This document shows positions 1-6,522 of a stretch of DNA of 17,268 nt, in pieces; the first letter of the stretch is position 1, and every line of letters starts with the position of its first letter. A program made the translations under genes and the position numbers. The notes under the pieces were generated by a model. That model saw nothing but the letters and a program-made list of their open reading frames with translations. It ran no database searches and had not been told where the DNA came from. The DNA comes from Candidatus Micrarchaeaceae archaeon (GTDB lineage: Archaea > Micrarchaeota > Micrarchaeia > Micrarchaeales > CABMGC01). The stretch spans positions 1 to 17,268 of the forward strand of contig JAVZVY010000016.1 in assembly GCA_038878295.1 (NCBI GenBank). Direction: 5' to 3'.

Positions 1-977
1 GCGGCCTTCGGATCGTAAAGAAGCTCGAATATTCTTGATATGCCTATTGATGTGCCAGTTGCAGGAACGTTCTGACCGGCAAATATGCCTATCAGATTGT
101 CATACCTGCCGCCAGCTGTTATTGTAGGCAGATTTGCGCCCTTGCCTTCTGCCTTGAATTCCCAGACAAAGCCAGTGTAGTAGTCGAGCCCGCGCACAAG
201 CGCAAGGTCCGTTACGACGTTTTCTATGCCATATAGCTTAAGGATGCTTAAAAGCTTGTCGAGCTTGTCCGATTCACGCTTTAGAGAAGGGTCTTGTGCG
301 ACGAGCTTCTGGATCTTGTTTTCCTCTTCGCTTGTGATGAAGCTAAGCAGCTCCTCGGCCTTGTTTTGGGCTATGCCTAGCGCAACCAGCTGGGCCTTAG
401 TCTCGTCGACGCTTATCTTTTCAAGCTTGTCTATTATACGCAGCGCTTGAGGCTTTTTCTGATCTTCTATACCAAAGATGCTGAGCATGCCATTTGCAAG
501 CACCCTGCTGCTGATGTTTATTCTGTAATCTACGCCCAGAGCGCTGAGTGCAGCCGCCGGCGCAGCTATTACTTCAGCGTCGCTTGAAACCGAAGTGCTT
601 CCGACTATGTCTACATCTGCTTGTATGAATTCTCTTTCGCGCATTTTCTGGGGCTCTTCCCTGCGCCATATCCTGCCTATCTGGAATCTCTTGAAAGGCA
701 GCGGCGTGTCCTTGTTTGATGCGAAATACCTCGAAAGAGGAACTGTTAGGTCATACCTTAGCCCTATATCGCTATCCTTTATCAGGAACATCTCTTTTGC
801 GCTTTCTTCGCCATACATCTTTGCATTTAGAGTAGATGAGCTCTCCAGATTTGGCGTCTCTATCGGATAGAAGCCGAACCTGACAAAAGTGTCGGTTACT
901 GTCTTTGTTATTTCGTTTAGCAGAATGGCCTCCTTTGGCTTGAAATCTCTTGTTCCTCTGGGAAGCTGGAAATCCAT
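1..977 (-). CDS. hisS: Histidyl-tRNA synthetase (C-terminus runs off the left edge of the window)
   Basis: Not in the ORF track; translated by hand from ATG at 977: MDFQLPRGTRDFKP...GLRYDLTVPLSRY...QIGRIWRREEPQKMREREFIQADVDIVG...LVRGLDYYTGFVWE...AGGRYDNLIG...ATGTSIGISRI. Contains class IIa motifs and the HisRS-specific RGLDYY and GGRYD peptides. Confidence 0.98.
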   Translation of the reverse strand, partial: MDFQLPRGTRDFKPKEAILLNEITKTVTDTFVRFGFYPIETPNLESSSTLNAKMYGEESAKEMFLIKDSDIGLRYDLTVPLSRYFASNKDTPLPFKRFQIGRIWRREEPQKMREREFIQADVDIVGSTSVSSDAEVIAAPAAALSALGVDYRINISSRVLANGMLSIFGIEDQKKPQALRIIDKLEKISVDETKAQLVALGIAQNKAEELLSFITSEEENKIQKLVAQDPSLKRESDKLDKLLSILKLYGIENVVTDLALVRGLDYYTGFVWEFKAEGKGANLPTITAGGRYDNLIGIFAGQNVPATGTSIGISRIFELLYDPKA

Positions 978-978
978 G

Positions 979-1305
979 TTATAAACCGCTTTTTAGATTG
1001 GCGTCTAGCCATTTCTTTATTACCTCTTTAGGCACAGCGCCTACCGAACTTGCGATCGGTTCGCCCGACTTGAATATCATTGTTGTAGGGATGCTCATTA
1101 TGCCGTATTTTTCGGCTATCTCTGGGCTTTCGTCTGTGTTGAGCTTGCAGAACTTTGCCTTGCCGTCATATTCTTTTGAAACCTCTTCTATTATTGGTGA
1201 GTAGAACCTGCACGGACCGCACCATTCGGCCCAAAAGTCTATAACAACCGGCAACTTCGATTTCAGCACTTCGGCATCAAAATTTTTGCTGTTGACTTCT
1301 ATCAT
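979..1305 (-). CDS. trxA: Thioredoxin
   Basis: 108 aa with DFWAEWCGPC active site and cis-Pro motif SIPT; GGTG RBS upstream; stop lies 1 nt from the hisS start. Confidence 0.98.
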   Translation of the reverse strand: MIEVNSKNFDAEVLKSKLPVVIDFWAEWCGPCRFYSPIIEEVSKEYDGKAKFCKLNTDESPEIAEKYGIMSIPTTMIFKSGEPIASSVGAVPKEVIKKWLDANLKSGL

Positions 1306-1447
1306 TTATACACCAACCTAGAATTTAAACGAAGCACATATTTATTATTTTATTGCATTGGTGTGTAGCTTCCTCCCTTCAATCAAAATAGCAGATTTGA
1401 GCCACTTGAAAATTCAGCGACAGCGTTGCATTCTTTCGCAATCAACA

Positions 1448-1460
1448 TTTATATATTTAT
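1448..1460 (+). promoter_or_regulatory. Putative TATA box for the 1497-2890 cluster
   Basis: TTTATATATTTAT in the AT-rich divergent intergenic region, about 40 nt upstream of ATG 1497. Confidence 0.5.
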
Positions 1461-1496
1461 ACGCAGCATTCTGATTGTTTAACCAGAAATGGTTTT

Positions 1497-1775
1497 ATGA
1501 TACAGGCTATAGTAACGTCAATCGATGAGAAAAACCTGCTTGCCAGCCCTATGGAGGAGGCTGACCTGAATGCGCTCATAGGCAAGAAGGCAAGATACGT
1601 TGACAATGAAGGCAAGGTGTGGCCCGCAAAGGTCGTTGGCAAAGAGAGCGACACCGCAGTGATAGTGAAATTTGATGAGATGCCAACGGGGCTTGGCCAG
1701 GGGCAGATACTTGAGATACTCGACAAGCCTGAGGACGAAGCAGAGGCTGGGAATCCTGAATATACTGGAGCCTGA
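1497..1775 (+). CDS. Ribosomal protein L35Ae (eL33)-fold protein, divergent and acidic
   Basis: LIGKKARYVDNEGKVWPAKVV...AVIVKFDEMPTGLGQGQILEI follows the archaeal L35Ae pattern (LIGR.V.W....GK...GKIV..HG..GAVRARF...LPGQALG..VEI) but lacks the basic N-terminal loop. Confidence 0.6.
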   Translation: MIQAIVTSIDEKNLLASPMEEADLNALIGKKARYVDNEGKVWPAKVVGKESDTAVIVKFDEMPTGLGQGQILEILDKPEDEAEAGNPEYTGA

Positions 1776-1796
1776 TGATGTTTGATTTGATGTTGA

Positions 1797-1845
1797 ATGA
1801 TGATCACTTACTCTGATGAAAGATGATGAGGATCTTGAGTGCTGA
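1797..1845 (+). ncRNA. C/D box methylation-guide sRNA; D guide predicted to target tRNA-Leu(CAA) C34
   Basis: C box ATGATGA 1797-1803, guide TCACTTACT, D' CTGA 1813-1816, spacer TGAAAG, C' ATGATGA 1823-1829, guide GGATCTTGAGTG, D CTGA 1842-1845. All four boxes match consensus within 49 intergenic nt. Confidence 0.9.
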
Positions 1846-1849
1846 TATA

Positions 1850-2068
1850 GTGGCAGGCATACCTGACGATGCAGTAAGAGCTTTTGTAAAGAAGTATGCA
1901 AAAGTCAAGATAACCGAAGACGCAGTGAGAGAAATAGCGAAGATGCTTAATGCGGAAGCTACAAGAATATCAAAGTTTGCAGTAAAAAATGCAAAAAAGG
2001 AAAAAAGAGATAAAATAACAAAAAAAGATATAATGGATTATGTTCTCAAGCGCGGCAATGGCATATAA
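1850..2068 (+). CDS. Archaeal histone-fold protein, non-canonical
   Basis: IPDDAVRAFVK...KITEDAVREIAKML...ISKFAVKNAKKEKRDKITKKDI matches the three-helix histone fold with R-x6-D salt bridge. GTG 1850 is preferred because the ORF-track ATG at 1823 is the sRNA C' box. Confidence 0.85.
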   Translation: MAGIPDDAVRAFVKKYAKVKITEDAVREIAKMLNAEATRISKFAVKNAKKEKRDKITKKDIMDYVLKRGNGI

Positions 2069-2085
2069 TTTGCAGTGGGGTTTAA

Positions 2086-2643
2086 ATGGTTATACGTGCC
2101 GCAAGGAGCGCAGATGGTAGGTACAGAACCGAGCTTTATAACAGATATGGTGGCAAATGTTTCGCTGTTTCTGAGAAAATTGGCGGCGGCATACTCATAA
2201 GCGAATTTGGCAGTAATGGCGTATTAATGGACCAGATTTATAAGAGGGGCGATGAACCTTTCTCTGCTCTTTCTGAATACATTGCGGCGGCAGGCGATAG
2301 GCTTGAGCTGGACAGCTCTGGCAAATACAAGCAGGTATTACTCGATGCGACATGCACGTCATGTGGATCCCGCACTTTGGTAAGGGAGTACGATACTATG
2401 GGCTTGGATGGAATAAAAAGCGCGAAAGTCGTGCCTATATTCATTTGCAAAAACTGCGGAAGCAGATTCTATTCGATAAGCTGGCGTTATATGGAAAAGC
2501 TTGTCTCCGAGCACATTGATCTTTTTGAGGAGGATGAACTTAAAAAGTATTACTCAGACAAAAAGGCATTCATGAATGAGCTTAATGAGTATGTAATAAG
2601 AATTTTTGCTTCCAAAAAGATTATTGCGATAAATTTGGATTAG
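2086..2643 (+). CDS. Hypothetical protein with CxxC-x27-CxxC zinc ribbon
   Basis: 185 aa ORF with GTGGGG RBS; CTSCG...VPIFICKNCGSRFYS resembles YgiT/MqsA-type Zn fingers. Confidence 0.75.
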   Translation: MVIRAARSADGRYRTELYNRYGGKCFAVSEKIGGGILISEFGSNGVLMDQIYKRGDEPFSALSEYIAAAGDRLELDSSGKYKQVLLDATCTSCGSRTLVREYDTMGLDGIKSAKVVPIFICKNCGSRFYSISWRYMEKLVSEHIDLFEEDELKKYYSDKKAFMNELNEYVIRIFASKKIIAINLD

Positions 2644-2650
2644 TGAGTGC

Positions 2651-2890
2651 ATGCCTATACTTGTTTCGTCATTGTATGGCAAGAAGGTCATAACTGTAGG
2701 TGGCAAAGTGCTAGGCAACGTCAAGGAGGTCATGCTTAACCTTGAGAATGGAGAGGTTTCCCATCTGCTCTTTGTAAGGCTTGAGACAATAGCAAAGAGC
2801 GACAATATAAGGGCCGAGCTTGCCAAAAACAGCGTGCTTTACAACAAAGTGAAGAAAGCCGCGGATTCGATAATCGTGGGCAATGTATAG
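2651..2890 (+). CDS. Stand-alone PRC-barrel protein (CdpB-like family)
   Basis: SSLYGKKVITVGGKVLGNVKEVMLNLENGEVSHL...V..AADSIIV is the PRC-barrel signature; 79 aa single domain. Confidence 0.9.
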   Translation: MPILVSSLYGKKVITVGGKVLGNVKEVMLNLENGEVSHLLFVRLETIAKSDNIRAELAKNSVLYNKVKKAADSIIVGNV

Positions 2891-2901
2891 TAGCATCTGG
2901 C

Positions 2902-3033
2902 TTAGTCTGTAGAGACCTCTCTTGCTATCGGCGATCGCTCCTTTACAAGTATCCTGTAGCCGCAATATGGGCACCTGATTATGTTGCCTACGCTTTTTAT
3001 CTTCTTTTTGCACTGCAAGCACACGTAAGCCAT
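2902..3033 (-). CDS. rpoP: DNA-directed RNA polymerase subunit P (Rpo12)
   Basis: Below the ORF-track cutoff; hand translation MAYVCLQCKKKIKSVGNIIRCPYCGYRILVKERSPIAREVSTD* (43 aa) with the IRCPYCGYRIL.K.R signature; GAGGT RBS; expected position downstream of rpl37ae. Confidence 0.96.
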   Translation of the reverse strand: MAYVCLQCKKKIKSVGNIIRCPYCGYRILVKERSPIAREVSTD

Positions 3034-3038
3034 ATCAT

Positions 3039-3398
3039 TTACCTCGTATGAGATTTTAGCATTCCTACTAGCTTTTTGTGAAGCTCTGAGCCGCTCGTGT
3101 TTATTATTCTCACATTTAGCGTGCTCTTGGATTCCTCGTCATTTAGCGATAGTATAGGCTGGTAATCGTCCATCTCAGAAAAATGAACCTCGAGCCAGTG
3201 CACTTTGCCTTTTAGGTAATCGCGCACTATGTCATCGGTCATTGGCAGGGACGAAAAACTGAAGAGTATGCCATTGCACCAGTATAAAGGCATGTTTCCT
3301 GCAGGCGTGACCCTTTCCCTTATCAGATCATCCTTATCTACCTTTACAATCTCGTGCACTACCAATTCTTCTATTGGCGAATATGTCACTTTTACCAT
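3039..3398 (-). CDS. Conserved archaeal hypothetical protein
   Basis: 119 aa ORF tightly packed between rpl37ae (4 nt gap) and rpoP (5 nt gap); motifs VTYSPIEELVVHE, LYWCNGILF, YLKGKVHW, IINTS.SELHKKLV..LK. Confidence 0.85.
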   Translation of the reverse strand: MVKVTYSPIEELVVHEIVKVDKDDLIRERVTPAGNMPLYWCNGILFSFSSLPMTDDIVRDYLKGKVHWLEVHFSEMDDYQPILSLNDEESKSTLNVRIINTSGSELHKKLVGMLKSHTR

Positions 3399-3402
3399 AT
3401 TA

Positions 3403-3633
3403 TCATCTTTTGTTAATCATCATGCTGGCTGTGATTCCGGCAGGCGTCTTGAACGTGTATGCGCCTCCAGCAAACACAGTGCCACAGTGCCTACATTTCC
3501 ATATGCCCGTGCCCACACGTCTTACGGCAATCTTGCCGCACACGTCGCACGCGTACCTCATGCGCTTCTGGCTTATGACGCTCATCTGTCTTTTTCTTAT
3601 GTTTACTCCGTATCTTATGCTTGCGTTTGCCAA
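3403..3633 (-). CDS. rpl37ae: 50S ribosomal protein L37Ae (eL43)
   Basis: RYG..IRKR...CDVCGK.AVRRVGTGIWKCRHCG..FAGGAY zinc finger; TTG start directly after the rrp42 stop, with GGTGAT RBS. Confidence 0.97.
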   Translation of the reverse strand: MANASIRYGVNIRKRQMSVISQKRMRYACDVCGKIAVRRVGTGIWKCRHCGTVFAGGAYTFKTPAGITASMMINKR

Positions 3634-4419
3634 TCAATCACCGGCATTTTTTATAATGCTTCTAAGCTCCTTAGATTTTTCGAAGCTCTTGTCTATAGCA
3701 GATAATATCTCTTCGTGGGTGAAGGAGCCGCTCAGCCCTTTCTGCATCGCCCTGATCTTATCTTCATCGTTAGCTATGGTAAGCCTTGCATCCATAACCG
3801 ATTCCTCATTAGAATCGGCATCTAGCAGTATCGCGTTTCCAACCTTCGCGAATGTGCACGACGTAACTATCTTGCCGGTCTTGAGCTTCTGCAGATTGCC
3901 CTCGCGTATTACCTTATCGTCTTCGTATTTTGGCATTCTTGTGGATGAGAGGGCGCTGACAGCAGCCAGCATGCTGGCATCAAAGAGGTTGCCGTCATAG
4001 TTAAGTATGTATATGTCTACAAAGACACTCCATACCTTTTCTTCCTCTATGAAAAGCGACCCCAAGTCGAGCAGCTCAGACGCACGCACGCCCCTGTCAA
4101 CAACTCTTGCGAGCTCTATGGCTTCTGGGCTTGGCGGCCCAGCCTCAAACTCTGTTGAAGCAAGCGGTAGAAGCTCTGCTGACACTATCAGATTGCCCTC
4201 ATCCGGCTTATCCGGCATCGGCGTGTCCACGTCGAGCTTCACTCCGGCAAGCACCTTCGTAAAGCCCAGATCGACCTGGGCTGAACCCTCCGCGTGTTCT
4301 ATAACTCCAGGAGTTATCCTTATGTTTCTGTATTCATCGAACTTCCTTGAGTCTTCGCGCGAATTTTTGTTTAGAAGCTCTCTTATGTATTCCCCTTTTA
4401 CAACATTTATCGATTGCAT
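3634..4419 (-). CDS. rrp42: Exosome complex component Rrp42
   Basis: RNase PH fold: REDSRKFDEYR, AEGSAQVDLGFTKVLAGVK, FEAGPPSPEAIELARVVDRGVR, NYDGNLFDA, MQKG. Confidence 0.97.
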   Translation of the reverse strand: MQSINVVKGEYIRELLNKNSREDSRKFDEYRNIRITPGVIEHAEGSAQVDLGFTKVLAGVKLDVDTPMPDKPDEGNLIVSAELLPLASTEFEAGPPSPEAIELARVVDRGVRASELLDLGSLFIEEEKVWSVFVDIYILNYDGNLFDASMLAAVSALSSTRMPKYEDDKVIREGNLQKLKTGKIVTSCTFAKVGNAILLDADSNEESVMDARLTIANDEDKIRAMQKGLSGSFTHEEILSAIDKSFEKSKELRSIIKNAGD

Positions 4420-5157
4420 CTAATCACTGTATTTTTTTGTTATTTTTTCGTACGGCGCACGAAGCGCTTCGGCCTGGATCTTAGAAATTTTTGTGCCTGC
4501 GCTTTTTACCATAGCATATAATTTTTCGAATTCTTCTTTGGTAAGATTACCGTCCATCTGGAGCAGCAGTATCTTTCCGGTAAGAGGGTCTATGGCCATG
4601 GGCACATCTGCGTCGGAATAATTGTCTTCAATCTTGTTCAGGTCTATAACAACTTCGCTGCCTATCTTGCCTCCAGAAACCGCAAATGGCAGGGAGGTCA
4701 TCGGTAATCCGGCGGAAGCCAGCGCCACTGATGCGGCAGTGATTCCTGCGGCCCTTGTGCCACCGTCGCTTTGTAGAACCTCTATGAATAGGTCTATCTC
4801 GCATGTCGGAAATTTGTCAAGCATTACCACGTTTTCGAATACTTCTCTTGTAACTTTTGATATTTCTATTGCGCGCCTATTGGGCCCAGACCTGCCGTGC
4901 TCTTCAAGGGACGAGAAAGGAGCCATCGAATACCTGCATTTTATTATCGCCTTTTCAGGGTCCGCGAAATGCTTAGGCAGCGTTTCCTTAGGGCCATATA
5001 CAGCTGCTAGTATCTTGTTGTTGCCCCATTCAATATAGGCGGAGCCGTCCGCGTTTTTGAGTATGTTTGCCTCTATTTTTATCGGCCTGAGCTCATCGAA
5101 AGCCCTGCCGTCGAGCCTTTTACCATCGACTATAAGCTTTGGTTTCTCCATTGACAT
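4420..5157 (-). CDS. rrp41: Exosome complex exonuclease Rrp41
   Basis: GKRLDGRAFDELRPI, ADGSAYIEWGNNK, VLQSDGGTRAA, DLNKIED.YSDADVP, LLQMDG; ATG overlaps the rrp4 stop (TGATG). Confidence 0.98.
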   Translation of the reverse strand: MSMEKPKLIVDGKRLDGRAFDELRPIKIEANILKNADGSAYIEWGNNKILAAVYGPKETLPKHFADPEKAIIKCRYSMAPFSSLEEHGRSGPNRRAIEISKVTREVFENVVMLDKFPTCEIDLFIEVLQSDGGTRAAGITAASVALASAGLPMTSLPFAVSGGKIGSEVVIDLNKIEDNYSDADVPMAIDPLTGKILLLQMDGNLTKEEFEKLYAMVKSAGTKISKIQAEALRAPYEKITKKYSD

Positions 5158-5747
5158 CACTTAAGCATTTCCTTTATCCTTTCCGTAAGCCCAGAAGTGT
5201 GGGCCTCCTCTTCAACGCGCAATATCGCTTTTGTCGCAAGCGCTATGTTGCCACCCTTTACCCAGACCCTGCCATTCATGCCGACTATTATGTTTGATTT
5301 CGTGCCTTCTATGAGCTGGTTAATCATAGTGTTCCCGCTGCCTATGACCCTCGGCACCTTTGAAGGCCTTATATCTATTATCTTGCCACCGAAAAGCCTT
5401 CTAGGATACATCAGCACTATAGTGTTTGTCTCATCCATTTCCTTTACTTTCGCCTCTATTACATCGCCTATTTTTAGCCTTGACGAGACGAACTTTGCGA
5501 CAACGAGGCCCTTGAACGGCGAATTCAAGTCTATTGTGTATGAGCTGAGCCTTGCCTCTTCCACTATGCCTATGACCGTTTCGCCTCGTTTTGGAGTCCA
5601 TGAACCCTCAAGTGGGATCAATGTTCTTTTTGACTCGTCATAGACAGCAAGCACCATCGAATACGTTTTGCCATCGATGATCTGCGCATTGTCTATGTGC
5701 AGGGGCTTGTCGTAAATCATTTCTCCTGGGATAACTATTTTGTTCAA
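5157..5747 (-). CDS. rrp4: Exosome RNA-binding cap protein Rrp4 (S1+KH)
   Basis: IVIPGE, IPLEG..TPKRGETVIG, LKIGDVIEAKV, PSKVPRVIG, IIVGMNGRVWV, EAHTSGLTERIK; TTG start with GGTGG RBS. Confidence 0.96.
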   Translation of the reverse strand: MNKIVIPGEMIYDKPLHIDNAQIIDGKTYSMVLAVYDESKRTLIPLEGSWTPKRGETVIGIVEEARLSSYTIDLNSPFKGLVVAKFVSSRLKIGDVIEAKVKEMDETNTIVLMYPRRLFGGKIIDIRPSKVPRVIGSGNTMINQLIEGTKSNIIVGMNGRVWVKGGNIALATKAILRVEEEAHTSGLTERIKEMLK

Positions 5748-5804
5748 AAGACCACCTAAACAGCTTAGAATTTTAGAATCCTTAAATTATCATATTCTTT
5801 CCAA

Positions 5805-5818
5805 TACTTAAACCTTTC
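5805..5818 (-). promoter_or_regulatory. Internal BRE/TATA promoter upstream of rrp4
   Basis: The minus strand reads GAAAGG TTTAAGTA immediately after the SBDS stop, in the only sizeable (71 nt) gap of the operon. Confidence 0.65.
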
Positions 5819-6508
5819 CTACTTGTCAAGCATCTTCGTAGTGGCTTCGCCGTGCGTCAGCTTGTTCAGCTTGTCGAAAAACTCGCCCTGCAGGCCTGCA
5901 GGAAACTCTACAACCGCACTGAGCGAACCATCTGAAAGCCAGTTCTCCGATATTACGCCGTACTGCTTGAGGAGACTGTAGCACCTGTTTGCATCGGCAG
6001 CCGGAATCGATACGGCTATCTTTGCTGTCGCAAACTTTATCGGAAGTATCGCATTTATCTTCTTAAGCACGGCTTCTATCTGCTCATTTGCAGATTTAAA
6101 CGGATCTATAGCAACCTTCGCTTCGTTCATCGCATTTTCTATGCGCTGTGGCGGGTGTGGGGCATTGGTCCTCGGGTCTATGGCATTTCTTGCTATTATA
6201 GCTATTATTTGCTTTCGCTTTTCATCAAGAAGCTTGTTCTTTTGCTCGGTTGTTATTGGGACATTGCCCTTCTTCAATATTATTTCTGCAATTTTTGCTA
6301 TGTCGGTGGTGTTGAACGCCTTTTTTATCTTCTCCTGGCTTTGCCGCTCGCCTTTATTTGCGTCCTTGAAAACTTCTTCACTTTCAAGCGCAGAAAGAGG
6401 GTCCTGCCTCTTGCCCGTTATATATTCGTATGCAAGCTCAGCGTCAACCAGCAACTCGAACGTTTCCCCGCCAATAGAATATTTCGCTATCACCATTTTC
6501 GATGGCAT
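5819..6508 (-). CDS. sdo1: Ribosome maturation factor SBDS/Sdo1
   Basis: GETFELLVD, VFKDANKGER, IILKKG.VPITTEQK, IDPRTNAPHPPQRIENAM, PIKF, PAGLQ; likely start ATG 6508. Confidence 0.97.
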   Translation of the reverse strand: MPSKMVIAKYSIGGETFELLVDAELAYEYITGKRQDPLSALESEEVFKDANKGERQSQEKIKKAFNTTDIAKIAEIILKKGNVPITTEQKNKLLDEKRKQIIAIIARNAIDPRTNAPHPPQRIENAMNEAKVAIDPFKSANEQIEAVLKKINAILPIKFATAKIAVSIPAADANRCYSLLKQYGVISENWLSDGSLSAVVEFPAGLQGEFFDKLNKLTHGEATTKMLDK

Positions 6509-6522
6509 CTTTACCACTGAAA

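Noticed and set aside
226..1204. + strand ORFs 226-450, 595-870 and 950-1204
   Set aside because: Antisense shadows of hisS and trxA.
1306..1447. Possible ncRNA or small ORF in the trxA upstream region
   Set aside because: No tRNA, C/D or stable hairpin pattern was recognised; it is adequately explained as a divergent promoter region.
1823..1849. N-terminal extension MMRILSADI of the histone ORF
   Set aside because: It coincides with the C' box, guide and D box of the sRNA; the histone fold begins at GTG 1850.
2711..3022. 103-aa minus-strand ORF
   Set aside because: An alternative frame over rpoP and antisense to the PRC-barrel gene.
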